A stretch of 63,753 nt of DNA, the filler included. It is 11 parts of 11 records of this genome, joined end to end, with 100 filler letters (N's around TTAATTAATTAA, not from the genome) between each part and the next. Parts side by side here need not be neighbours in the genome. Positions count along the whole stretch, not along the records: positions 1 to 4,732 come from SRR7504441_7344; positions 4,833 to 9,818 come from SRR7504441_7345; positions 9,919 to 16,649 come from SRR7504441_7349; 8 more parts are not named here. One strand, given 5' to 3'. Shown piece after piece: positions 1 through 12,307 of the stretch. The notes under the pieces were generated by a model. That model had not been told where the DNA came from, did no database searches, and saw nothing but the letters and a program-made list of their open reading frames with translations. How positions within the stretch are numbered: the first letter of the stretch is position 1; every line of letters begins with the position of its first letter. Both the position numbers and the translations under genes were made by a program.

Positions 1-743
1 TATTTAAAATCGCGCCTCTGGCGGCCTGTAGATCAGCCTGCAGCCCACACGCTTTAAACAAGGCTCACATGCGTCAGCTCACCCTGCATCAACGGAGGGT
101 AAGTCGGCGGCTCTGGTGGTGAGCTGAGAGTTACCGGCAAACGACAGGGCCATGTTTGTATACTCTGCCACAGTCAGCCCTGAAAACGGGTCTGCATATA
201 GGCCTGATGCTGCTATAGCTTGTCCAGCCGAGAGCAATGCAAGTGTGGTCGGACCGTCAGAACTCCCGATGGCGAGATTAGCTGCGCCATCAAGCGGAGT
301 CGCCTCGCACGAAAAGTAGTTACTGGATATCAGCAGCGTCTGTAAGCTGTCTGCCTGACTCAGCGCATCAATCGGTCCCTGGAGGTAGTTCCGGGCTAGC
401 GATAGCACCACCCACGGGGGAGCTGAGTCCTGGGGGGGTAGGCTGCCCCGCAACTGCATCCCCGCTGCCAGAAATATGTGCAGCGCTGTCATTCGCCCCA
501 GCGTGCTGGGCAGCGTTCCCCCGATGTGGTTGCTAGAAATGCTGAGTGTGTCGAGCGAAGTGAGGGTCGTCCCCAGTCCCAGCCGGTACGGTCGCGCCAG
601 CGTGGGCCGCCCGTCCCCAAATACAGCTCCTCGAGGGCAGCGCACTGAGCTCCTGTGCAACTGCAGCTCTGCCCGCACGCACGTGGTGAGCTGCAGAGCA
701 GCAGCACTGCCACAAGCCAGCCAGGTGGTGCAGCAAGGTGCAT
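1..743 (-). CDS. Secreted/receptor-like LRR protein, 5' part, with an apparent frameshift near 570; runs off the window start
   Basis: ATG at 743 gives a signal peptide and LRR N-cap (ALEELYLGTGGPRWRDRTGW). The LRR units (LSISSNHIGGTLP, LSLARNYLQGPI, LLISSNYFS) lie in another frame with no intron between. Confidence 0.65.
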
Positions 744-940
744 CCCGGAGAGCCGGTTGGCGACCTTCACCCGTCCGCGTGACCAGCCGCGGCAAAAGGA
801 AAAAGCGAGCTTTGTTGCAGAGAAATGCGGGCAACAGGGCGGCCGAGCCAGAGGAGATTGAGGTTGGGAAGGAATTGACAACCGGGGGGCGGCGGGCCAG
901 TACCCCCCGGGGGCGTAAGGTGGAGCGGCCGGGCGACGTG

Positions 941-3044
941 ATGATTAAGGCGGTGAACGCTCGAGTGATATGCCCGTACTTTGCGCTAGACGAGGGCGAA
1001 CTGGCCCTAAAAAAGGGTGCCGAGGTGACCATCCTCAAGCAATCGGACGGCGGGTTCTGGCTGGGCCGGTGCGGTAACCGCGAGGGGTACTTCCCGTTCA
1101 CCTGCGTCGAGATCACCGAGCCAGGGGACGAGCCGCCCAGCCGCCCGCGCACCCCCACCCCGCGCACCACCCCGCGCTTCCTGCCCACACCACGGTCGCC
1201 GGAGGAAGCCCCGGCGGAGATCCGGATCCTGGGGCGCAAGGTGGAGCGGCTGGAGGAGCAGCTGGAGGAGGCCAGGCTCAAGCAGCGCGACACGGACGAG
1301 CGCGAGCGCGTGCTGCAGCAGCAGCTGGAGAGTCTGACCAAGGAGCGCGAGCAGGAGCAGGACCGGTCGGCCCGGCTGGCGGAGGCGGTGGCGGTGCTCA
1401 AGGCAGAGGTCCAGAAGGCGGTGCGGGTGCGGGACGAGGCCCAGCAGGCGCACAGGGTCTCATGCCACGAGGTGGCCGTGCGGGCGAGCCGAGCCGAGCC
1501 CTGGGCAGGTCGGGAATCTCAAGTTAGCGCTCCAGACGGAGCGAGCGGCGCATGACGTCACCAGGGTGCGGCCCGCAGCTGGGCCTGGGAGACGGGTCGG
1601 GCGCAGGCTGAGCTGGAGCACAGCAGAGGGACGGCGCTGCCTGCGGGTGATGACGAGGAGGGCTCGCACTCGCGCCGGCTTGTGTTCTCTCCGGATAGGT
1701 GCGCCCAGGGCGCGCTGGGCTCAGCTGTGCGGGGCAGGTTTATCTGCGAGACTTTTTCTCCTGAGATGTATGACAGAACAGCGTACGATGATCCGTCCTG
1801 GAAGGTTGGTGGCAGCAGCTTCTCGTCGGTGGACGATGCCGAGCAGCTGGATTTCCTGTACGATGGAGAGGGGCCGCTGGATGGGGTGATACGGATTCTG
1901 CTGGCGGGCTGGCGGTCGCGGCTGGGGACAGCGGAGAGGCCGGGTGGGGAAGCGGGCGGGCTGCTCAAAGACAGAGACTGCCTGCTGGTTCTGGGGATAG
2001 TGTGCAGCGAAGTGGGGCTGCCGACCCCGCTCACCGCGGGGGGTCGGTACAGGGGACGGGCCGAGGCTCTGATGAGCCGGACCATGCGCCGGAGCGGCGC
2101 GGCGGTGGGACAGCCGCGCCGGATCTCTGAGTTGATTGGAGCTGCTCTCGTGTCGCCATGGCGGGAGCAGTTGCCGGCTGCGATCACGGAGCTGCTTGCA
2201 GCCGGGCTGGAGCAGGGGATGCCGTGCACGGAGCAAGGGTTTGAGCGGGGTCTAACAGAAGAGAGCGCCGAGTTGTCTCCAGATGAGCTCGAGCAGGGGA
2301 TTGATCCGCAAGACGCTGCTGAGCCGGATCCAGAGATGGAGCTCTGGCAGCGCGATTCGCCTGAGGACCGGACCAGCGGGCTGGGCGAGCTGGAGTTGGT
2401 AGGGCCGGAGCCGAGCCTTTCGTCTAGCCCGAGGCTGCTGGCAGCGCTCGAGAATCAGCTGCGTAGGGCGGAGCACAGAGTGCAGCAGGCGCAGGTGGCT
2501 GCCGCTAGCCCAGCCAGGCTGAGCCCGGAGCAGGCGAGTGCGCAAGAGGCGGAGATTTTGTTAGTTCAGGGGATATCCGAGGTGGAGGCTGGCACGCTGC
2601 AGTGCAGTGAACAGCAGGACGATGATAGATCCCCGAGGTCACCACCGGGCCCCGTAGTGGCCTAACTTGTGAGGCAGGTCGCGGTCGAGGTCAACAGAGG
2701 CGAGCAAGATCCTTTCGCGGGCACGGCTTGCTGTAAGCGAGGTTGTGACCGCAGGGGACGACCCAATTAACTTGGTGACCCCTCGAACGCTGGAGCATCT
2801 GGTGACGCGAGTGTGGACGGTGAGCGGTTGCATGGAGCCGGAGCCGGATGCGGTGTGGGTGGCTGAGAGGATAATAGAGAGCCTCGGTGTGGACGGGGTG
2901 CCGCTGGATGAGCCGGTCGACCAGCTACAGATAGATTCGGTGCTGCACCATATATTATCCTATGTGCTTAGCGAGGAGACCGAGCAAACTTGTGGTGACG
3001 ATAATCACGAGACCGAGGCGCCATTATCCTATTACGGTGATTGA
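941..3044 (+). CDS. SH3-domain plus coiled-coil protein (multi-exon)
   Basis: SH3 motif ELALKKGAEVTILKQSDGGFWLGRCGNREGYFPFTCVE, then a Pro-rich linker and coiled coil. Short GT-AG introns join the 476, 1682 and 2745 ORFs. Confidence 0.7.
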
Positions 3045-4320
3045 TACTCGTATGGATGATCAATCGATGATTTTAATCGATGTTCCCGGGCCGAATTTCA
3101 ATTTTAACTAGTTAGCTAGACGAAGGGCCGCTTGTACATAATTGCGCACTTTAAACCAGGTCTTCAGTTATATATATATATTTAATGTTGTCAATTAGTT
3201 GTTTGGTTATAGTGCAATCTTGATTACGATTGAGTGTTGTTTAATTAATTCTTATGTTCGTGTGTTGTTCCACAGATTCTATTCTGTTTTTGTAAAGTAC
3301 ATGCGTCGTCATTCTTATCATGACGACGCTCCTCCCTGAACTAAATGTTTCGGCTACTGTACACGCTGGCGTGACCGGAAGGAGGCATTCCATCACAATC
3401 TGCCCAGCCCAACCAGCAGGTGGTGGCGTTCTGTCGACAAGCCAAAGCAAACAGGACCTACTACACCCAGCACCAACCAGAGCTGCTTCCAGCCGGTCGA
3501 CGCGGTGTTGCAACACCTGATGCCAGACCCGAATCTAGACTAGTGTCTTGCCGCCCTATCTACTAATTACCGCGTGTCTTTTGTCTCCGATGTTCGCGTC
3601 GATCCTCGCCAGCCCAGCCCAGCTGCACCTAGAACAAGGGCCAAGCCGGCTAGAATGGATACCACTCATTCTCAGAGTGGTCCAGCTCCGGTGCGTCGCG
3701 TCTCCGCTCCGGCGTCTGTATAGTGGGCAGTGTCATGAGCATGCCTTTGGATTGACTACTAAAGGCAATCAAGGCAACCTCGCGTGGAGGGGCGCTGTGA
3801 TCACGACATTGAGAGCAGCACGCGCTCCATCTTCATCCGAGAATATTCGCCAGCCGCTCCATCTCCGCCGAGCTCGTCTCCGAGGTCTTCAGCCACGGCC
3901 ACTCGGGCACCAGCGGGCTATCTGTGCGGGCCGATCCCATCAGGAATGAGCAAGTGTTATGCGGCGCGGGCGGTGGGTAGTCCACCACCTGAGAAGAGTC
4001 GACGTCCGCTCGTTCGCCTCGCGTGATCTTGCTTCTGCAGCTGCCGGCGCGGTACTTCCTCTTGGCTTGGTGGGTCGGCTTGCAGATCCCGGTCGGTTGC
4101 CTGACCATAAGTAGAGGTGCATGCCGCACCAAGCTGCGTCGTGTCGCGTCGATCATCAACATCCGTCCCGCCCGCTTGCACTGTCGTCTGCGCCGAGGTC
4201 CTCTCACCATGTATCGCCTGCGCTGATGATAGCAACTCTCTCTGAACCGGCGACCGTCACGTCAGCTGCAGCCAAACTGATCAGCTGCCAGACTGAGCTG
4301 ACCCTGGTTGAGATCCAGAG

Positions 4321-4713
4321 ATGGGGATGGAGGCCGCAGTGGTGCGGCGGGCCGTGTGGTGTGTGCTGGGGCTGCTGGTCGGGGCGGCGGTGGGATCGGA
4401 GGAGCTGGCGCGGGACCTGGGATTGCTGGAGGCCGAGCCCAAGCTGGCCAGCCTGCCGGACCAGATAAAGATGGCCGAGGTCGAGTGGAAGGACGCGTAC
4501 GACTCGACCCAGGCCCCGGGCAAGCTCAAGGCCGAGATCGCCAAGCTGCCGGACGAGGAGCAGTATATCAAAAATATGGTCGAGACCACCAAGAAGGACG
4601 ACTTCAAAAAGCGACTAAGCGTGGCCGAGCAAGCGCTGAGCACCGGCGGCACGGGCGACCGGTACTTTTCGACTTTTGGAATAACAAGTGTTTTCAATAT
4701 TGAATATGCATAG
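4321..4713 (+). CDS. Hypothetical protein with signal peptide; 3' end uncertain near contig edge
   Basis: Hydrophobic N-terminus (AVWCVLGLLVGAAVG) and strongly G/C-ending codons. Confidence 0.5.
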   Translation: MGMEAAVVRRAVWCVLGLLVGAAVGSEELARDLGLLEAEPKLASLPDQIKMAEVEWKDAYDSTQAPGKLKAEIAKLPDEEQYIKNMVETTKKDDFKKRLSVAEQALSTGGTGDRYFSTFGITSVFNIEYA

Positions 4714-4732
4714 TATAGCAAAACGCTTCAAA

Positions 4733-4832
4733 NNNNNNNNNNNNNNNNNNNNNNNNNNNNNNNNNNNNNNNNNNNNTTAATTAATTAANNNNNNNNNNNN
4801 NNNNNNNNNNNNNNNNNNNNNNNNNNNNNNNN
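4733..4832. other. Artificial contig spacer N44-TTAATTAATTAA-N44; also at 9819-9918, 16650-16749, 20420-20519, 24617-24716, 29770-29869, 34670-34769, 44732-44831, 56501-56600, 59694-59793
   Basis: Ten identical 100-bp blocks whose core places stops in all six frames; genes are cut at them. Confidence 0.98.
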
Positions 4833-4902
4833 CGTGACATTAGGTGCGACCTGATGGCCAGATTCGCCAGAACTCCAAATAACGGACGGCTAAAACGAGT
4901 CG

Positions 4903-6704
4903 ATGCAGAGCCGGCGGCTGCCGGGAAGGCTGTCACGGTACAGCAAATGCATCCCGCCGTCCCCGCCGCTGCCGGCGGTGCCCAACCGCCGGCCTTTCCT
5001 ATCAGACCGGGCGCTCCGGAGCCGACTGGAGGCCTCCTGGTCGTCCAGCTGCCGGCCGCCCGACCAGGCGCACTGGGTGCCCTGGAGCATCCCCGAGAAC
5101 GCCGCCGCCCGGGCACACGCGCAGGCCGATAGCCTGTGCTTGGAGGCCGACGCGGCTGTTAGGGCTGGGCGGTACTCTGAGGGACTGCAGAAGCTCAAGA
5201 GCGCTCGGAGGCTGTTTGGGCGAGGGCTGGACCCCAAGAAGGCTGCCGAGCTGCGCCGGCCGGGCAAGGCACTCTGCCAGCGCGCGGTGCGGACGGCGGC
5301 CGAGCTGGTCGAGCGCGGGCACGAGTTGATCTCGGAGAGGGACTACGGTGATCGGACGCCCGGGGGGCGGCTGATCGGCCGGGCAGAGCTGTGCAAGCCG
5401 TTGGCGATTGATGCGTACCGGATCATGCAGTGGGTGGGGTCGGATCCACACCGGACCCCCAAGCTATCAGCGGCTGCCCGGCGAGAGAGCGATAAGGTAG
5501 CAATAACGCCGATGCTCGGGCCGACTGATTGGGTCGAAGGTCGGGATGCTCAGGGTGAACTGTGGGTACGGACTGGCAAACCGGGCGCTGGACGACGCGC
5601 ATAGGAAGATGGACGCTGGGCACCAGATCCCGGCGGCCATGGCGCTCGGTCGGGCTCGAAACGAGTACAGGAGCTTGATGGCCGTCCCAGATCTGCCACT
5701 TCAGGAACAGACAGCAGCCAGACTGGCGCGGACTGCCGAGATGACACCGGCTCGCGCGCTGGCGCCTGGCATAGTGCGCCAGGAGGTGGCCGCTGGCTGG
5801 ATGAGAGCGCCGATCTGGGGCAGGTGGACGGTCTTCTCTCCCGTGGGGAACATGCGAGGGAGATCGGGAACATGGTTGCTGGCAAGGCGCGGCTACGGGA
5901 GGCCCAGACGCTGCTCGAGACGCTCGACCCAGCGGTGCCCGGCGCGGAGACAACGGCAGCCAGGGCTGAGCGGCTTGAGCGGGACCTGCAGCGGCTGATG
6001 GTCGGGCAGAGGCTGGCTGCTGCAGTGGGTGCCATAGGCCGCACGGCTCAGTGGCGGGTGTAGAGCCTGAATTTACAGAAGAGCGAGTTTGAGGTTTGCC
6101 GAGATAACTGCGAACATGCTCGTCAAGAGCTGGCCCGAGTTGGGGAGGTCTGTGCGCCGGTTTGAGGGTTGGCTGAGTCCGAGGCATAGATTGGCGAGCT
6201 TCCAAGGCAGGAGGGCGAAGAGGCAACCGACGAGGAGCTCGGGCGAGTGCTCGACTCGCTGCTCGAGGAATCTACTCTGATGGGTGCCGTTGGCTGTGGC
6301 CGCTGTAGGGAGCGTGGATGTGCAGAGCAAACGCCGACTGCTCGGAAGCTGTGCAGTGAAGCTATGGCGTTTGTTGATCAGGCACGCGAGGCGCAGGGCC
6401 TGGATGAGCCGGTGTGGCCTCGCTGGATGGGTTGGATGACTGCGAGCGCAGGTGGTGGCGTTGGACCTTGCTAAGCGCGCGAAGGCGTTATTTGAGGCTT
6501 GTTGATGGTGTGTTGGGAGCGAGCGCGTTTGGCAGGTGGTGGTGGCCGAGCACGAGCTCGTGCTCCAACGGCAAGGGATTCGAGGCGACTACCGGGCAGG
6601 CCTAGGTCTTGATCATGCGTGCAGATGAAGTGGAGCAAGCAAAGCGGACTGTTGAGACGATCTTGTCTTCGTGTGATGTAACCTCATCCCCTGACAATCA
6701 ATAA
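4903..6704 (+). CDS. Helical/TPR-like hypothetical protein, multi-exon, boundaries approximate
   Basis: TPR-like segments (EADAAVRAGRYSEGLQKLKSARRLF; ALDDAHRKMDAGHQIPAAMALGRARNEY) in successive frames with short GT..AG intervals. Confidence 0.4.
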
Positions 6705-7613
6705 TGATCTATCGTGACTCATAGGCGACGCAATATGACCTGTTTATAGCCGTTCAGTTATAACTTACGAAATGAATCTGCAATCCACGTAGATCTCTAT
6801 ATTGTACGTAACGTCTACGTAACGTCGTTTATCAAACCATGTCAACAAGTGCGTACGTACTCATAAGAATCAGCTTTGCGCCCGAGTTCAATCAATGCAA
6901 GGCCAGACTCATCTATCGCACCCCTTGGAAATAGCTGCCGTGCTCGGCCCCGCGCACCTGAGCACACACCGGGCCAGGGGCATGCCCTACCTGCCCGAGA
7001 CGCCGAGTCCAAGACCTCCCAGCGCCCTGCCTGCAGCAAACCTGGTCAGAACGCAAGCGCGGCCGGCCCCAACAGGTCGGAAACTAGCCGAGGGAGCATC
7101 AGTACGAGTAGGAGGTTGGTTAATCAGCCATTTCAACGGTAGATGGCCGCCCCCCGGCTCGAGAGAGCCGAGGTGGCTGACAGAAACGTTCATCCGATGC
7201 CGCGATAGCTTAATCCGGAGGCGGCCAACAGGGAGAGGGCATGTCACCGGCCGGGCTGCTCCGGAACTCCGGGGAGGCTTGGAAGACTCCGGCGCTGCTC
7301 TTGGCCTGGCAAACTGAGGCTCAGCTCGACGAAGGCAAGGCCAAGGGGGCGGGGATGGCGACAAGGGGCTCGAGGCTCAGTGGGTTTTCCGTTATTATGA
7401 GTTGTCTTCAGGGGTCAGACGAACGAGATTCCATGGTTTGTCATCAGGGCCAGCCCGCTCGGAGGCGCTAGACTAGAGCGCAAAGAGGGCGCACCTGCAT
7501 GTGTTCGCCGCCCGAGTAAAGAAAAAGAAAAGAAATTCCAGTCCACACGATCGGCGTACCAGGCGGCGGTCCCACGGCTTGGTGGGGGCGGTCAAGTAGC
7601 GAGGAGGGGGATC

Positions 7614-8105
7614 ATGGCCGGGCGGATCATCGCCCAGGTGCTGGTCATGGGGACCCAAGTCTTCGGCAAGGCTGCCATGCAGGCCTATCGCCAGGCAGTG
7701 GCCAGTGCGTCCGGTTGGGCCGGCTCGGGCTGACCAGCTCGCTGCAGATGCCAAGGCCGGTGGGGTGAGCACTGCAGTCAACCGGGGCATGAGCCTCTCG
7801 GAGGCCCGGATGGTGCTCAACGTCAAGCCGGGGGCCTCCCTGGAAGAGGTCACAAAGGTGCGCCCGAGCGGCGCCCAGTGGCCGAAGCGGGGCAGAACTT
7901 CGAGGCTTACCACTCGTCCAACGGGCCCAGCAAGGACTGCCTCGGCTCGCCGTATATTCAGGGCAAGGTGAGCGCGGCACACGAGGCCATGCTGGCCGAA
8001 TTTAAGAAAAGCGAGGCGCCGCAGCCCGAAGAGGCGGGCAAGAGCGCCTCCGGGGACACGAACGACGGCCCACCTGAGCGCCCGCCGCCCCCACCGCGGA
8101 ACTGA
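7614..8105 (+). CDS. PAM16: Mitochondrial import motor subunit Pam16/Magmas
   Basis: Introns 7705-7747 and 7858-7895. Product MAGRIIAQVLVMGTQVFGKAAMQAYRQA...MSLSEARMVLNV...GSPYIQGKVSAAHE. Confidence 0.92.
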
Positions 8106-8422
8106 GGCGCTGCGGCCCTCGCTGCGGGGGTGGGGCGATATGGGCTGCTGTGCTGGTTGGTGGATGGCGTCGTGGGCGGGGAGCTTGCCTCCGGTAACAA
8201 CCAACGTTGTCCGGGCAATACTGTATTGACGAGACTTCATATTTATAATGGTTATAGTACGCGGTAAAATAATACCTATCTATCGACATCTCTCTGATCT
8301 GCACGACCTTGTGCGATCTCTCTCTCTCTCTGACACTCTCACTTTCGGCGCTCCACATGAGTCAGGCACCCAAGTGACTCGGTATTGTACACAATAGTGT
8401 TGGCTCGATTCGTCCCATCCGC

Positions 8423-9340
8423 TCAGGCCTTGCGCGAGATCCGCCCCCAGCAAGCAATCACCACCGCGGCCGGCATCAGGATCCACCCTGCCCTCCCGGT
8501 AAGCAACAGTAACAATAATAATAACGGCGGCTTACAGAAGTTGAATTGAAACTTGAAAAACTGCATCTGGCACGAATCAGCCTTCAGCGCCGCCTCCACC
8601 GCCGGTGCGTTTTGGGCAGTCGGCGCCATGCCGGCGCACGCGAGCAGCGGCACCATGTGGGCCGGGTCAGCGCTGTGAGCAATGATCGACCTGTGTGACA
8701 GAGTAAGTACTTTTGCTGGCAGCGGCTCACATGTAGAGAAGCGTCTTCCACATGGTGGCCACGCTTGTCACCTGCCAGGCCGCTCGGGACGGCCGCCGGC
8801 AGCGCTCGGCACCATGGCGGTGACCAGTGCGTTGGGGCCGGCTGGATCGAGGAGCAGGATGACTGAGAGCTGCCCGAGGAGCTCGATCAGGTTGAACTTG
8901 GACTGTGTGAGGATCCAGGGGTCGGTGACCGGGCCCATCTTGTACTGGGTGTCGCTCTCGCCGTACCAGGCCCACAGATCGAGCACTTGCTTGGGGATAA
9001 GGTGAGTGAGCTCGTAATGCATCCCGAGCAAGTACAGGCAGTCCAGCCCGACCAGCACCGACGAGAGCCAGAACCAGTAGTACACCCAACGCGGGAGTCC
9101 GTTGGACGGCCCGGCCGCGGGCTTGGCGCTGGCCGGTTTGGGAGGTGGGGGCATGGCGTTCTTTGACTTGCTGGGCTTGGCGACGGCTGCCGAGGCCGGC
9201 GGGGCGGCTCCAGCCGCGGACTTGCGGACGGCTGGGGTGGCGGAGACGGGGTCGTGCACGTCGGCCGACTTGCTCCACTCGACGTCGGCCGTCTTGCCGG
9301 CTAGCCGCGAGGATCTGCGGGTCACTGTTGTCGGAGCCAT
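8423..9340 (-). CDS. Multi-pass membrane protein, EXPERA/EBP-like, 3 introns
   Basis: LWAWYGESDTQY, QSKFNLIE, TMWKTLLY and FNFWWILMP with transmembrane segments. Confidence 0.6.
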
Positions 9341-9484
9341 TCGTGTTGTATCGTGTTCGTGATTTCGATTTGTTTTCTCTCAATTCATGTCCGTTACCAA
9401 CGGACATGACAGTCATCAGAAACACGCGGACATGCGGACAATACATGTACGGTACAGCCGTATCATATTTTCAGTAATTTTCAA

Positions 9485-9818
9485 TTAGATCATAAAGTCT
9501 CGCCTATTCAATGCAATCGGTCCTGTTGGGGTGCCTGGGAAAACGTGGACCAGTGGCACCCCTCGATCCCGGGTCAGCACCAAGCTGTGGTGGTTGCCGC
9601 ACGTTCCGTCCACCACGGTCTTGCCAACTAGCGCCTGCACACGCCGAGGCAAGTGCTCGTTGCGCGAGGGCCGGGTATTGTGGCCCAACTGGCCTTGATT
9701 GCCAGAGCCCCACGAGTACAGTCCGCCTGAGTCGGTCCAGGCCAACGTGTGGAAAGGCCCAGCCGAAACACCGGCCACCGTCTGGCCCCCCAGCCCAGCC
9801 ACCAGCCGAGGCAGGAAC
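9485..9818 (-). CDS. RCC1-repeat protein, C-terminal fragment
   Basis: VSAGPFHTLAWTDSGGLYSWGSGNQGQLGH and CGNHHSLVLT. Confidence 0.85.
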
Positions 9819-10100
9819 NNNNNNNNNNNNNNNNNNNNNNNNNNNNNNNNNNNNNNNNNNNNTTAATTAATTAANNNNNNNNNNNNNNNNNNNNNNNNNN
9901 NNNNNNNNNNNNNNNNNNATGCACCTCATCCATTCACCCCAAGTCGGGCTTAGCCTAGCCGCATATGTGTAGGCCTTGCTCGAGTAGAAGCCACCGGGGA
10001 ACCAGCCTACTGTAGAGACAGCTCATCAAGAAGTCCCGGGCGACGGATTGTGACTGTCTGACACCCGCCTGCGGCTGGAATCGTGATTGTTCTGCGAGAG

Positions 10101-12092
10101 ATGGTTGATCTCAGGCCGCTGCTCCTGGCACTCGTGGCGGCCTTGGCCCTGGTGGAGGGGCAGGGTGGGCCTCCGAAGCCGGTGTCGGATGCGGCCGCGG
10201 AGCTGACGAGGGCCAAGGCCGCCCGCAAAGCCGCGCAGGACGGGCTTGAGGCGGCGGACAAGGCGGCTCCGGCAGGCGGCAACCCTTGGGAGGCCACCCA
10301 GCAGTCGCAAGCCACCATGCAACGCAAGAGCACCGCCCAAAAGGTCTTTGACCAGGCCACCGCCGCCGAGCGCACCGCGGCGGAGACGGCGGAGGAGGCC
10401 CAAGCCAAAGTGCCGTTCGAGCAGACCAGCACCGGCCGGGTCAAGGAGGAGCTCCGGCCAGCGCTCGAGATGCGGCCGTACCAGCCGGTCCCGTTCGTAG
10501 TCAACGTGCAAGCCCCCGATGACAAGGAGTGCCCCGACTGCAAGCCAGCCGCTGCCGCCCCGCCCGGTGGCAGCTTTGCGAGCGAGCTTGCCTCGGCCTC
10601 ACAGGGTGAAGCCGAACAGCCGAGACTGGCGGCGGCAGGCGACTCGGATGCGAAGCAGGCAGCCAAATTCAACTACGAGCTTAAAGTCGCCACCGGCGAG
10701 GAGGAAAAGATGGACCAGCCTGATCAGTCTAGTGCTAGCGCTGCAGGTTCTCTGTCTCCATCCTCGAGCACCGCGTACATGGAAGGGTACGACAAAACGA
10801 TGGAGGAGCTCAAGTTCAAACGGACAAAGCGGCTTGCTATGCAGAAATCGTACGAGCAGGCAGTCAACCTCAAGGCTGAAGCCATGGCTGCAGAAAAGAG
10901 AACACAGCTGCAGGTTGCTCAGCAAAAGGTCAAGTATGAAGATGCCAAGGTGGCCCAGGCCAAAGTGGCAGTTAGGGATGCGCAAAACGCTGAGAATTCT
11001 GGGGAGCTTGCGCCCAAGGTTGGCGCCGAGCTCGTTATTGAAGAAGAGGGCCACTTGAAGCATGCAACTAAGGACAGAAATCAAGCCATTCAGAAGGAAA
11101 AGAATGTTGAGGAGTTGGAATCTGAAGCAAAGCAGCAACTCACCGGCAAAGACGTCCAGCAGCAGGTGAAGGATAAGCTAAAGAAGCAGAAGGAGTACAA
11201 GGCCATGGCAAAGGCTGCCTATGAGAAGCACGTTGCGATGCGCTATGTGCGGGACAAATTTGAGCAGCGTCGCAAGCAGAGGATAGCGGACAAGTTAAAG
11301 GTAGCCGAAAGGCATCGGAAAGGCAAAAGGAGTTATGAGCTTGGGCTGAAGAGAAGTGCTGCGAAGGAATCAGAGGGGAAATCTCTTGAAAACAAGCAGA
11401 AAGGCATTGAGCAAGCAAGGTTGAAAGAGGGCAGTGGAACCAAGACTGTGATCAGCGACGAATGCAAGGTGTCAGCCTGGGGCGCGTACGGATTGTGCAG
11501 TAAAAAGTGTGGTGGCGGGATGAAGGTCAGCACCAGAAAAGTTATTAGTAAAGTCAGGCTGGACGATCTTTGTCCAGCTCTGGCACGAGGTAAAATGTGC
11601 AATTCGCACCCGTGTACCTCTGGAGGTAGCTCGCAACTGATGGGGGAGAGCCTAGAGAGCAAATCAGGTGAAGCTTGCCATCAAGCAAGAACTAAATGTA
11701 CAAACTTCCAAAGGGTCTTGTCACAGTGCGAAGCGCATGTAGAGAAGAAACAGCACCAGCCTCATGACAGCCACGCGAAAGCTGTCCAGGAAATCGGTGA
11801 AGAGTGGCATCAGTCGCCTCTAGAGGCGGCTGAGATACGCTCAGCTGTTGCACACCTGCACCCCACCTCAGCGCAAGGGAGGCAACTTCTGAGCCTGGAG
11901 CCCAGCAAACATTGCCAAACTATTAGGGAAGCGGTACAAAAATATTGTAGAAAGTCACAGGATTGTCACGGTACGTCCGGGGCCGAAGTTGGCGAAGGTG
12001 CACCAAAAGCCTCTCAAAATCAGCCTCACGACGAAGAGTTTGACAAGACATTGATACACTTGGTTGATGGGCCGCTCAGCCGGCTAAACTAG
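10101..12092 (+). CDS. Secreted coiled-coil protein with a thrombospondin type-1 domain; intronless
   Basis: Signal peptide, Lys/Glu/Ala coiled coil, TSP1 motif CKVSAWGAYGLCSKKCGGGMKVSTR...CP...CNSHPC. Confidence 0.8.
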   Translation: MVDLRPLLLALVAALALVEGQGGPPKPVSDAAAELTRAKAARKAAQDGLEAADKAAPAGGNPWEATQQSQATMQRKSTAQKVFDQATAAERTAAETAEEAQAKVPFEQTSTGRVKEELRPALEMRPYQPVPFVVNVQAPDDKECPDCKPAAAAPPGGSFASELASASQGEAEQPRLAAAGDSDAKQAAKFNYELKVATGEEEKMDQPDQSSASAAGSLSPSSSTAYMEGYDKTMEELKFKRTKRLAMQKSYEQAVNLKAEAMAAEKRTQLQVAQQKVKYEDAKVAQAKVAVRDAQNAENSGELAPKVGAELVIEEEGHLKHATKDRNQAIQKEKNVEELESEAKQQLTGKDVQQQVKDKLKKQKEYKAMAKAAYEKHVAMRYVRDKFEQRRKQRIADKLKVAERHRKGKRSYELGLKRSAAKESEGKSLENKQKGIEQARLKEGSGTKTVISDECKVSAWGAYGLCSKKCGGGMKVSTRKVISKVRLDDLCPALARGKMCNSHPCTSGGSSQLMGESLESKSGEACHQARTKCTNFQRVLSQCEAHVEKKQHQPHDSHAKAVQEIGEEWHQSPLEAAEIRSAVAHLHPTSAQGRQLLSLEPSKHCQTIREAVQKYCRKSQDCHGTSGAEVGEGAPKASQNQPHDEEFDKTLIHLVDGPLSRLN

Positions 12093-12307
12093 TTAGAATT
12101 GAGATCTCTAGGTTTCTAAGTGACTTCATGTTTAAATGAAAATCGTGCCGAGAATGTACTTACACGCACGCGTGTACACACGTGTACATGCATCGATGAT
12201 TGACATCTACTAATTAATTATCTACTCAGGCTCCGGCAACGATTTAGGGTTGTGCTAGAAGATATCGTCGATGTGAACCCCATTAAAACCTGTCGAGCTC
12301 ATAAACA

